Assembly: GCA_950097015.1 (NCBI GenBank)
Contig: CATNEN010000033.1
Span: 1,860,001-1,924,000 of the forward strand
Direction: 5' to 3'
DNA from: Macrostomum hystrix
Taxonomy: Eukaryota; Animalia; Platyhelminthes
Length of the DNA stretch: 64,000 nucleotides
Shown: piece by piece, positions 37,757 to 49,626 of the stretch
Position numbering within the stretch: position 1 is the stretch's first letter
Layout of the letters: every line of letters starts with the position of its first letter
The notes under the pieces: model-generated
What the model saw: the letters and a program-made list of their open reading frames with translations, nothing else
Told to the model about the DNA's origin: nothing
Databases searched by the model: none
Made by a program: the position numbers and the translations under genes

Positions 37757-39724
37757 CGCAGAAACTTTCTGAAGTTTATTGTAGCAGGGTAACCTTCGAA
37801 ATCGTTAAAACTGGCATAAACTGAGGAAGTACAAGAATATAATCTTTGAATGAGTTGCTTAGGAGAATCATATGATCTTTCGAGTCTGATCAGCTGATCT
37901 ACAAAAATGAATCTCCTGTAAATCTAATTTATTTATCACATCTGCTTCCAAAAAACGCTACCTTTAGTAACATATTAACTCGTGCTTTCATTCTAAAAGC
38001 GTCTGGGTATACATGCTTTGTTATAATAACTTAGAAAATTTAAAGTATCTCAAACTTTAATCGTAATTTCTTTTTATTTGTTTACGGCAGACGGAAGTTG
38101 TAAAACCTTGTTTAACATTGCATGCCTAATATATAATACTCTCTATTTGACTATAAGCCGCTTGCCGGTTCTTTTGCGCATCTTCAGAACCACAATTCCA
38201 CCCATACACATGAAGTTTCTTAATCTTCCCTTATTCAAAGCACAAATTTCAATCAAGCCTTAAACTCATACGTAGGGATTGTTGTGTGCATGCACCGCTA
38301 TGAAACCAAATATGCAAAGCGCAATGCATATTTTCGTCTAACCAGTGGGCTAGGGCTAAGAAGTCTGAACATTTTTATTTAGATTCCTTATTTTTCCAGT
38401 ATGCATCTAACCACGAAACTGTCAGGTACTGAAACAAACTGAGTATTTGATTTAAGCAATATACAGTTTTCCTGGTTGGTCCCACATAGCGTTCTGAATC
38501 CTTATTTTTTCCTTTCTTCTAACGAATTTCTTATATCTTTGCTCCATGCTCTTAGACCGGCTTTTTTGCACAATTTTAGTACACAACAGCTTAAATTGAT
38601 TTTTTACACCGACTGGAGTACACATCAGAGACCAGGCCGTGGAGCCATCCAAATATTTTTGTCTTGCATTGGAAACAGTTGGTTCGGTGGTCTAGATTGT
38701 GAGGTGGCATCTTTTCGCGCTCGTAAGCCTTAATTCACTGCAACGAATTCAGCTTATTAACCACGCACTTTATCGCGCCAGAATATCGTTCGCACACGGA
38801 AGATCGAAGTTGTAATATGAACACGGGTTTTTTATGTTCACGCCCATCTCGGAAGGTTGAAGATTGGCAGCCAGAGCTCGACTTGCCTCCGTGGCATTGT
38901 GAAGATCGAATTTTTGTGTAGTTCGTGGAATCGCTTCTGCTGCCGCACAATCCAGGGTACATGGTCCAGCTAGTCTTATGGGAGTTTAGCTTCGCGGGCA
39001 TCCTTCCGTTTCAGTGAAATCCCTTTGCAGTGGAGGCCAGATAGCAAACTTGCGCCTATAAAATGCTACGTTGCGTGCAGAAGGCGGATTGCATTCCGAC
39101 TTTCTATAATAAGTAACAACAGCAGCGACCAAAAAACTCGACTCCCACTCGATCCGTGTGTTTACCCGTACGGAACTGCAGCACCGTTTAATCCCCTATC
39201 CATCTAGGCCGTTGTTGCACCCAACAGCCCATATACTTACTCGTCAAAATCTCTGCAGCGCTTGAAACGTATAAACAGGCGGCATTGTAGTCAGTAGCAC
39301 ATTCAGTGGTCTGTCCACTGGTGGTATTTCGGTGGTTTTGCACATTTCAGGCAGATAAATTGTAGAGTGCATGCCACTACCACAGCTCTTGGGGGGCCTA
39401 TTCTACAGTGCAAGTACGTATGATGGATGTACGGCGAAAAAACTTCCCTTTATTTTGGGAACATCCCTAAGAGGGAATGCGCAAAATGTGATGTGACCCA
39501 CTTTAAGTGCTACGGCAGAGCCAAATCCATGGTTCTAGTTATATAGTTTGTGAGTGTCCTTGGCAGATTAGCGGTTCGCTTTTGTCTCCGTTGAGCTTAG
39601 GGCATCCAATAAGGCATTGAACTGTTCGAATGCAAAAATGTACTGCCTGCTAAAAACAATGATACACTTTAGCTCGTCTGTCGACCCGCAACATAAATTA
39701 GATAGAATATATGATTTCGGGTAA

Positions 39725-39810
39725 ATGTACAGCCAATGGCACAGCCGCAGCTATTGCTGTATGGTTGCTCAGTCCGCCGGAGGCCACCACACTCGCCCTA
39801 ATTTCTACCC
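39725..39810 (+). repeat. Dispersed repeat fragment, second copy at about 53060-53150
   Basis: atgtacagccaatggcacagccgcagctattgc versus atgtacagccagtggcacagccgcagctattgc, followed by similar ggccac...aatttctrccc tails. Confidence 0.65.
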
Positions 39811-40012
39811 CACCTGAGCCGAAGCACAAAGGAGTAAATTGTCTCGCCATGGACTCGAATTGCTATCGTTGGGCTAAGATACGAACCCCGAACCCCCGAC
39901 TTCGAGAAGTGCGAAACTCTATAGCCACTGGGCCCTGCAAGTCCGCAGCATGCTCGCTCACCGACGCTTGATCGCCTCCAGACTTCTTAAATTTAGCATT
40001 TACGCTGGAGTG

Positions 40013-40118
40013 CACCTCAACAAGTTCACAAGCGTTCACCTCAACAAGTCACAAGCGTTCACCTCAACAAGTCACAAGCGTTCACCTCAACAAGTCACAA
40101 GCGTTCACCTCAACAAGT
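40013..40118. repeat. 23-bp tandem repeat (tcacaagcgttcacctcaacaag), about 4.5 copies
   Basis: Exact direct units. Confidence 0.93.
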
Positions 40119-41534
40119 GCACTTTTTAGGCTTTCAGTCGGTGCCTTCTTTTGAAAGCAATCACCGCCAGCGGAGGCAAACGGAAGCTTCGAGCCCGCTG
40201 GCACAGTTTTTATTGCCGCAGTTGTTCCATAAAGCCATGCATTCTTGGTATTTTCTTATTTCCTCAAACCACAAGCCTGGTGGATCGCAGGTCAAGGTGG
40301 TAAAGTTTTCAAGCGATGATATTCGCAGAGAGTTTACACCGATTGCGATGGCCTTTCTGTTCTAACCTGCCATGCGCCCGCGAAAATTCGGAACCGTTCT
40401 AACAAGGAGGCCTCCTGCTTCGAATCCGCGAGCGACCGCGCGCAATCAACTAAGGGCCTGGTTGCAGCCGCTCTGCTGCAGGAAGCGAGACCCCGCTGAA
40501 CGCTCCGCTCTCGCTTGGGAGTCCGATTCCTGGCAGGCGATCAGCCCGCCTTCATGGATGGGAAATTGGGCAGCGTCCAAAACTTGCTGCTGATTTCCAT
40601 TCCCCAGATCTAATTGCGTTAGCTCGTTCCGTGCAGATTTCTCGGCCTTTCGTCTTTCTTCTAGCTTACTTGCACGCTGGAAAGTGCAGACGCAAACAAA
40701 CTGTCTTTTCCAAAGATATAGAGGGACTCTATATACTATCGGGCAGATAATTTATTTTACGCGTTTCTTAGAATTTTTGTCCAACAGGGATTTCAGCTGC
40801 TAACTGCAGACAATAAACGAACAGCTTATCGATCCTCAAGGTGCAAGGCTTGCACCTGGCGAACCGCGACTTCTGCAGTGTCTTCGCCTGAAGACAGACG
40901 CACGCCTTTAACCCAAACAGAATATGGAGAGAAGCAGTGCAATGCTTGGGATTCTCCCAAACTCTGCACTATTAGCATTAATCGGCTGAGGCAATGTGGC
41001 GTACCTGGCTGCAACCTGTAATTTTCGCTCTTCAATGTCTATTTTGACCGCTGGATTTGACATTTGTTAGAGTGATTTGTTTGCATTTACGACTATCCGG
41101 AAGACGGCATCGATTAATCATATTAAAATGGTGGCCATCGTTTGGGCAATAGTAGAATATTGTCGCTAAAGACCTTTTCGGAAATCATGAAGACTCCAGT
41201 GCACATCGAAGTCGACATGAATTAGCGAGAATACACTCGAGTATACTTGACGAAAGAGAGACATAAGTCTCTCCGGCCTCAGGGAGGAAGCGTCCGCAGA
41301 AACAGAAACGGAAGGATGGGAATGAGGCATAGGCTTAGGAAAAAACAGTCCCAACCAAGCTTGGCCAAACTGGGGCGCAGCGATGGGCGAAAGAAAGTCC
41401 GCTTGCTTGGATGCTTGGAGCATCTGCGGCCGTTCTTTGGTGGCACGACTGCACGTCACTTCCACTCTGGCCTGGAACCTATCCTGCATGCCCCGGCAGA
41501 TCTCAATCTGTTCATGCCTTTCTTTCCTTTCTAG

Positions 41535-42034
41535 CCTCTCCAGATCGGCGCTCTGTCACCTTTTGCTGGCCAGGTTGTGGGGGAGGGGCCGCTACTAGCG
41601 CCGGTAATTGCCGAAGGCGCCCTCGTGTCCGCGTGCCTCTGTCTGACTCTGGCGCGCCTGGCGTATTGATCAGCTGCCTACCAGGGACTTCCTGGTCCGA
41701 TGGGCGCGGGACTGAGGAGGGTCTGGGGATCGATTCCTCCGCGGCCTCATTGGCTGACATCGGGGGAATTCGCGGGTTGGTGCCTCGGAATCAGCGGCAA
41801 GAAGCAGGCTGCGGTGGGCAGGGCGGGCCTGCTAGTTCAAAGCATGCCGGGGACGAAGAGAAATTTGCGGCAAGGAATTCGCTGGAACAAAACGCCACCT
41901 TAAAACAACAGCGAATCGGGGGGCATTACGACTTCCACGCTCGCTTGGATAAGCAGCACCTCCTTGATCTGACAGTCGGCGGCCAACGGAGTCCAGGCGG
42001 CTCAACTGCAGCTTTCATTCTTCAAACTAAAAAG
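41535..42034 (+). CDS. Candidate upstream exon of the LIM gene (unverified)
   Basis: Pyrimidine-rich acceptor ttctttcctttctag, an open frame, and a strong donor AAG|gtaagc. Phase 0 is compatible with an acceptor at 42256. No recognisable homology. Confidence 0.3.
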
Positions 42035-42227
42035 GTAAGCATCATAGATGTGTATCGAAGATCGGATATACTCGTATTTTTTAAATAAATTTTTCTTTGT
42101 GGATAAGAAGTTTATTGAATTCAGCTTGTATAAAGGAACCGCAAAGTCTCCACTGAAATACCGAAGCCCATGAAATGCCCATGAAAGTCATTGCAGCATT
42201 CCAGCCAGAAACTAACTAAACTTTCAG

Positions 42228-43569
42228 GAAGCATGCGGCGCAACTTCGGTTCCCAGGCTGGAAACGGCAGAGTATTTGGCGGCGGAGCTGGCGGCGGAGC
42301 TGGCGGCGGAGCTGGCGGCGGCGGTCCGGGTGGCAGTGGGATTCGCCCGACAGGCCGCTCAGGCGGAGCCGCGCCTGCTCCCGCCGTTGACATGACGAAG
42401 TGCGCCGCCTGCAAGGAGTCAATCCAGGGCCAGTTGGTGAAGGCCCTTGGCCGGGCCTGGCACTACGAGCATTTCGTCTGCTCAAAGTGCCGCGCCGAGC
42501 TCGGCAAGCAGAATTTCTACGAGAAGGACGGACAGCCGTTCTGCGAGCCGTGCTATCAGAACGAGTTCTCGCCCAAATGCGCCTATTGTGAGGGCGCCAT
42601 CCTGGATAGGTGCGTGACCGCCCTGGACAAGTCCTGGCATCCGGAGCATTTTTTCTGCCAGCAGTGCACCGCGCCGTTCACCGAGAGCTCCGGTTTTCAC
42701 GAGCGCGACGGCAAGCCCTTCTGCGCGGACTGTTACAACGATGCTTTTGCGCCAAAGTGCGCCGCCTGCAGCAAGGCCATCACGTCCAACTACCTGACTG
42801 CGCTGGAGAAGATGTGGCACACCGAGTGCTTCGTGTGCCGGGTGAGTTGGGCCTATTAAAGTAGGCTCTAGTTTTCATATTTTAGACTTAAAAAAAGCTG
42901 CTAGTAAGCTTGCGGTAGGTCGAGAATCCGTTTGCGAATGCCCATGACCTGTCGTCTACGCATTAAGCGATGAGCAACTGATCATGGTCCCTGACCACAT
43001 TTTATCTTAAACCGAAATTGATTTTTGGCGACTGGACTCAACACCAGCTCGACTCATCGAAGCTGGTTGCCCTTCGTTACTCGCCTAATTTTGCGTCCCG
43101 CAGGACTGCGGCAGCGACTTCTCCACAGGCAGCTTCTACGAGCACGAGGGCCAGCCCTACTGCGAGCTGCACTACCACGCCCACCGCGGCTCCCTGTGCA
43201 TGGCCTGCGAGAAGCCAATCACGAGCAAGTGCATCACGGCCATGGGGCGCAAGTTCCATCCGCAGTGCTTCGAGTGCTCCTTCTGCAAGAACGAACTGTC
43301 GAAGGGCACGTTCAAGGTTAGCACACGTTCTCCTGAGCCTTGTCAGCGTGCTCGAGGAGGGGGGTTACAAGTGAAAGAATGCTTCGCTCGGAATGAGGTG
43401 CTATGTTACTGTACGCCAACCAAGGCCGTGGTGCAAGGTGCTTCTAGAGAACGAGTAGGTACTCGTAGAGTGAGATGTGCCTGCCACCAATTCACTCAAT
43501 ACAAATACTTAACCCTTGTAGGAAAAGGACAACAAGCCCTACTGCAACGACTGCTACAATAAACTGTGA
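42228..43569 (+). CDS. Paxillin/leupaxin-family protein with four tandem LIM domains (C-terminal exons)
   Basis: Exons 42228 (or 42257)-42841, 43104-43316 and 43522-43569 splice in frame. They give a Gly-rich linker, then [80 protein letters not shown] and [47 protein letters not shown], which is the paxillin LIM1-4 pattern. Confidence 0.92.
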
Positions 43570-44156
43570 ACTCTGGTTGCCATGCATAAATCTTCAGGCC
43601 TTTGATAACCCTCTAATAGAAGCTTGCTTAGAAAACCTAATTTTTTAGCTCTGCTACCACAAGGAAAAAATTGCGAACAAGCTCACTTTATCAGCCCGAG
43701 CTCTATCGACCATTGCGCCACGTTCTCAGTTGAAAGCGTCAAATCGCTCTGTTCATACACACTCTAGCATGCGGATCGCATGAGCTTCGGCTTTGGTTTT
43801 TATTCTTTGTATTTATCACAAACCTAGAGACCTCGAATAACACATCCAAATCAACCACAGCTAGCAAATGCTTGCTCATCGAGTGGTTGTCAGTTCCCAG
43901 TCGCTGACCAGACGTCTCATTATCAAATCCTCCTAGTATAGACAGACGCTTCGGGAAGTGTAGAAAATGTTTAACCTGCCTTTTTCTCGTCTTGCATGCC
44001 CCATCGACGATTAATTTGTAGTCTCATTGCATAGCTCATTGTGTCCATTGTATATTTAAAATTTGCTATGCCAAGCAAAATTTAGCTTTAGTCAATCTCA
44101 ACACGAGCCTAATCTCATGCCGAATCGACTCTGTCTTTGTCAGTTCTTCAAGGCAT

Positions 44157-44309
44157 ATTCTTACTAAACCGCTACATGCGAACTAAAACACAGAGTGAGG
44201 GACCTGACAAATCATAGATCATCTATGTTTCTATTCTTTACTAAACCGCTACATGCGAACTAAAACACAGAGTGAGGGACCTGACAAATCATGGATCATC
44301 TATGTTTCT
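44157..44309. repeat. 76-bp tandem duplication (2 copies)
   Basis: attcttactaaaccgctacatgcg...atctatgtttct is repeated with 1 substitution and 1 indel, between the convergent 3' ends of two genes. Confidence 0.9.
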
Positions 44310-44721
44310 TATAAGCATGCAATTTGAAGATTTAATTGAACAAAATAATTAGATTTCGTTGCTTGGGTCGTGCTATGAGTCATTTATTTTCTACTCTCAG
44401 GAAATGAAAAATCTCAATTTGATGAACACTTTGTTAAGCATTGTTTGCTTTGAAGTTAAATAGCACTGGGATTAACAAAAAGGCATGTATCTATTGAACA
44501 ATTTCCTCAAAACACAAGTCATGTGCGAACATTTCTACTATTCAAGCAAGTCCAGGTGGAGTTTGAGTAGTCACTTGCGGGTGAAAGTAGGCCTACCATT
44601 GCGATGAATCCAAAAAAGTATAGTTTTCTCAACAGTTGCTCATCGCAGACTAAAAAAACAATACAACTTTAATGAGAAGCAGTCAAGTTTTAGCAGGGGT
44701 GTCGGGCGAGCACCGCCACAT

Positions 44722-45982
44722 TCACAGCTCATCGCGTCCAGAGTCGCCGCTCATAACATCCTCGCCGTAGCGAGTAGCCCTGGAGCCGGCGAACAGGTCG
44801 CGGTGCTTTGAAATCTCCTCCAGGCTCAGCCGGCCGTCCCTGTTGTCGTCGGACTCCCGCATCAGGTGGCGCGCTTCGTCCTGCAGAGAGTGGCCGCCAG
44901 CCACTCCGGTCGGCTGCATCCAGCTCTGCACCTCGGACCTGTCCAGGAAACCGTCGCTGTTGGAGTCCTTCCTAGCGAAGCTGTCCCGCTCCTCCTGCAG
45001 CCAGTGCGGCTCCTTTTCACCCGGCACGCTCGGTGTCCACTGGCCGGCCAAGTACTCGTCCAGGCTAATGCGGCCGTCGCGGTCGCCGTCCAACTGGTCC
45101 ATTGTCTCGGACACCACAACGTCGCGCATGTCTGCCGAGTCCTCGGGGAACAGCAGCGAGCGGTACTCATCCTTCGTCAGGGAGCCGTCCTTGTCTGCGT
45201 CGGCAGCAGTCCAGCGCTTCCGCTGCCTGTTGGAATTGGACCAAGGGGAGGGGGAAAATATAGCTTGTCAATCATCGGTGGCATCGTTAGGCCCTTAGAT
45301 CTCAACTCTCTCAATCCCTCTCGCTTCTCTCGTCACCTGACGATCTCCTTGAAGAATTCGCGCAGAGTCTCCTGGTCATCTTCGGTGCTCTTCTCCGGAA
45401 CCGTTACGGAGACGGCCTCCACTCCGCCCTTCGCCTCGGCCACTGCCTGAGCCGCAGCGCGAGCCACGTCGTCCTTGCGCTCATCGTCAAAGAAGTGCGG
45501 CTGCAGTGTCTTGGCGTGCATCTCCCACTCCATCTTGTTGTCCTTGGGGTTCATTTCCTTCCAGTGAGAGTCTAGCTCGTCGGTCTGCTGCTCCTTGTGG
45601 ACCTGAAAGGAATGCGAGCTTCTGCAATTTACTCCAGGGCGAAATCCCAGTTATAGACCAGCATATCTCAGTTATAGAAGGGAAATGCCATTGTCACCTT
45701 CTCCAGATGCTTTAGCAGCTCGGCCTCGCTCACTAGCCCGTCCTTGTCGGTGTCGACCTCATTCTTGACCAGCTGCTGCAGCTTCTCCTCAGACACGCTG
45801 GCATCGTACTCGGAGAACTGCTTGGCCATATCCTTGCCCAGGAACTGCTCCTGGTCGTATCCCGAGTCGTGCTCACTCTTTCCATCGCCGTCTTGATCGT
45901 GATAGTGATCGCTGCTGGATGAGGCCGCTGCGAGAGTCACAGCCAAACAGAGCAGCAGCAAAGGTTTGCTCAGCTGCAACAT
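44722..45982 (-). CDS. CREC-family (calumenin/reticulocalbin-like) multi-EF-hand secretory-pathway protein, 351 aa
   Basis: Exons 45982-45698, 45602-45337 and 45226-44722 total 1056 nt, in frame. Signal peptide MLQLSKPLLLLCLAVTLAAA; EHDSGYDQEQFLG (CREC HxYDHEAFLG-like); EF loops DTDKDGLVSEAE, DADKDGSLTKDE, DGDRDGRISLDE, DSNSDGFLDRSE, DDNRDGRLSLEE; C-terminal RDEL. Confidence 0.93.
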
Positions 45983-47139
45983 ATTTGCTTCGTAGGAGAT
46001 TCAGCTCAGCTCAGAGAACAGTTTCAGCATACTCAAAGACGAGTTCTGTCTCAAATAGGCAGATTTTCATTTTAAGCCTTCCTAATACAACCTCCACCCC
46101 AGCCTGCCACGTCAGCGCTGAGGGTGCAGGGGGTGGGCACAGAGCAGGCCTCGACGATGAGGCGGGGGCCGCACTGGACACGTGCTCGGTAAATTCTAAT
46201 AGAGAGACTGAGCGAACAACAATGCCACGGCCCACTGCCCATGCTCACACTGGGCTCAATTGACTCACGAGAGGCCGGAGTGGGGTGGGCGAAAACACAA
46301 AAGCGCCCCAGGTCCAAACACCCCCGAAGCCTGCCGTGGCACGCAACGAAGGCACAATGCGCCAAATGCGAGCCTCCAGGAGGCGAACCTGCAATGAGCA
46401 GGTAAAGTAATATAATTGGGCCTAGTATTCTGTAGTGGACTCGCGCTCTCACCTCTTCATGCCTAAAACTTTATTTTCTCCCTTCAAAAGGAACGAAGAG
46501 GGGCTTAAGTCGCGAATGCCTTAATCCCGGCTTACCTGAAGCCAGCCTCAAAAGCACGTCGCTGAGACGGCATTGAAAAATCAAAGGTCAGAACAGTCTG
46601 CCCGCTCTCCAGCAAAAATTGTAAGGCACAGCCTTGGTCCAAACTCCAATTAAAATTGACCTCAATTTTTTTACTTTAGCTTTGTTGATTGAAGCCGGCA
46701 GACTGACTTTAGATAGAAAAATAACCAGATTAGAGTGCGCACTAAGTATGCTTCACCTTGGTCGTTTACTGGAGGAGAAGTCGTGAACAGACTCCTAAAG
46801 CAACCCACGGAGACACCAAGGTCGAGTGGAGAATGCCAATCGGAGGAGACATAGCTCCCGCGGATACTGTAGCAGAGAGGCCGGGTCATTGTGAAATGAA
46901 AGCTGAATTTAAACCAAGAGTTGTTTTTTTATTAAATCTGCTTTTTTTCTATTTGGGGATTTCAGTGGGTCTTAGGGTTGAAGGGCCGGACTTTAAAACA
47001 GCAATTGATTCTGATTCCCTGGCTTTCTTCCGATAGACTTCACTCATTGAATTGGATAACGAATTTTTACGGATAACGAAACAAATTTAGGATTAGCTAA
47101 ATATGATGGATGGACGGAAACTTACATTTAGATAATCCT

Positions 47140-48985
47140 GGTGGATTGGGGGATTTGTGAATTAAGGGATTGGTGAATTAGGGGATTCGTGAATTACGGG
47201 ATTGGTGAATTAGGGGATTTGTGAATTAAGGGATTGGTGAATTAGGGGGATTGGTGAATTAGGGGGATTGGTGAATTAAGGGATTGGTGAATTAGGGGGA
47301 TTGGTGAATTAGGGGATTGGTGAATTAGGGGGATTAGTGAATTACGGGATTAGTGGATTGGGGGATCGGTGAATTAGGCGATTGGTGAATTACGGGATTC
47401 GTGAATTAGGGGGATTGGTGACTTAGGGGATTAGCGGATTGGGGCATTGGTAAATTACGGGATTGGTGAATTAGGGATTGGTGAATTAGGGGATTGGTGA
47501 ATTAGGGGATTGGTGAATTAGGGGGATTGGTGAATTAGAGGGATTGGTGAATTAAGGGATTGGTAAATTATGGGATTGGTGAATTAGGGGATTGGTGAAT
47601 TAGGGGGATTAGTGAATTACGGGATTAGTGGATTGGGGGATCGGTGAATTAGGCGATTGGTGAATTACGGGATTCGTGAATTAGGGATTGGTGAATTAGG
47701 GGGATTAGTGAATTACGGGATTAGTGGATTGGGGGATCGGTGAATTAGGCGATTGGTGAATTACGGGATTCGTGAATTAGGGGGATTGGTGACTTAGGGG
47801 ATTAGCGGATTGGGGCATTGGTAAATTACGGGATTGGTGAATTAGGGATTGGTGAATTAGGGGATTGGTGAATTAGGGGATTGGTGAATTACGGGATTGG
47901 TGAATTAGGGGATTGGTGAATTACGGGATTGGTGAATTACGGGATTGGTGAATTAGGGGATTGGTGAATTAGGGGATTGGAATTACGGATTGGTGAATTA
48001 GGGGATTGGTGAATTAGGGGATTGGTGACTTAGGGGATTGGTGAATTACGGGATTGGTGAATTAGGGGATTGGTGAATTAGGGGATTGGTGAATTACGGG
48101 ATTGGTGAATTAGGGATTGGTGAATTAGTGGATTGGTGACTTAGGGGATTAGCGGATTGGGGGATCGGTGAATTAGGCGATTGGTGAATTAGGGAATTGG
48201 TGAATTAGGGAATTGGTGAATTAAGGGGATTGGTGGATTAGCGGATTGGTGAATTAGGGGATTGGTGAATTAGGGTATTGGTAAATTACGGGATTGGTGA
48301 ATTAGGGGATTAGTGGATTGGGGGATCGGTGAATTAGGGGATTGGTGAATTAGGGGATTGGTGAATTACGGGATTGGTGAATTAGGGGATTGGTGAATTA
48401 GGGGATTGGTGAATTACGGGATTGGTGAATTAGGGATTGGTGAATTAGTGGATTGGTGACTTTGGGGATTAGCGGATTGGGGGATCGGTGAATTAGGCGA
48501 TTGGTGAATTAGGGAATTGGTGAATTAGGGAATTGGTGAATTAAGGGGATTGGTGGATTAGCGGATTGGTGAATTAGGGGATTGGTGAATTAGGGTATTG
48601 GTAAATTACGGGATTGGTGAATTAGGGGATTAGTGGATTGGGGGATCGGTGAATTAGGCGATTGGTGAATTAGGGAATTGGTGAATTAGGGAATTGGTGA
48701 ATTAAGGGGATTGGTTGATTAGGGGATTGGTGAATTAGGGGATTGGTGAATTAGGGTATTGGTAAATTACGGGATTGGTGAATTAGGGGATTGGTGAATT
48801 AGGGGGATTGGTGGATTAGGGGATTGGTGAATTAGGGGATTGGTGAATTAGGGGATTAGCGGATTAGGAATTGGTGAATTAGGGGATTAGCGGATTGGGG
48901 GATTGGTGGATTAGGGGGTTGGTGGATTAGGGGATTGGTGGATTAGGGGATTGGTGGATTGGGGGGTTGGTGGATTAGGGGGTTG
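47140..48985. repeat. G-rich 15-17-bp satellite (gattggtgaattaggg) containing TTAGGG
   Basis: More than 100 degenerate units with strong G strand bias. Confidence 0.95.
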
Positions 48986-49626
48986 ATTTGACTGAATAGA
49001 GGTATTGTTTTAAAAAGAGGTTTGGGGATATTGGGATGCCATGACGACAGGTGATCTGGGGAGTAAGCGATTCGGGGTTAGGATCAGAAGTGAAGGTTGT
49101 CAGATTCCAAGAAAAGTTTTAGATGGGATAATTAATTAATTTAAGGAATGTGGGATCAGAGTCTGAGAGAATGAGTTTCAGTAAATCTTCGGCCTAAAAA
49201 GAATGGTGCGTTTCTGAATTCAGAAACAACCCAGGGGTAGCTCTCCAGCCGGACATCATAAATATCACAGCGTTTGCTAAAACTTTAACGGTAAGCCTCA
49301 TAAAAACCACAAATTTTAGCCAGATTTTTCCATTTTACTTCCTCATTCTGACACTTTTTACATCGTTGCATAGCCGCTATTCGCAAACAGTGGCGCAGGC
49401 TGCCCCTAGAAACCGCTATAAACTTTAGGGGGCTGTTTACATCAGCGAAGCCAAGCCGGACGGTTTCACCTCGGGCGCAACGAAGTTTTTGCGAACTGAG
49501 TTAAATAGAGAAAAGGCATGCGTTTTCCAGCCAAGCCCAACCTCATGCTGCGATTGCGTGCCCGAGATAACAGATCTACTTTTTCAATACCTTCGAAACC
49601 TGGCTATCCGCGCGAGATTCAGGTGT

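Noticed and set aside
38736-39032. CACTGCAA...TTGCAGTG possible CMC/CACTA-type MITE
   Set aside because: Only 8 bp of inverted match and no target-site duplication (att versus gag).
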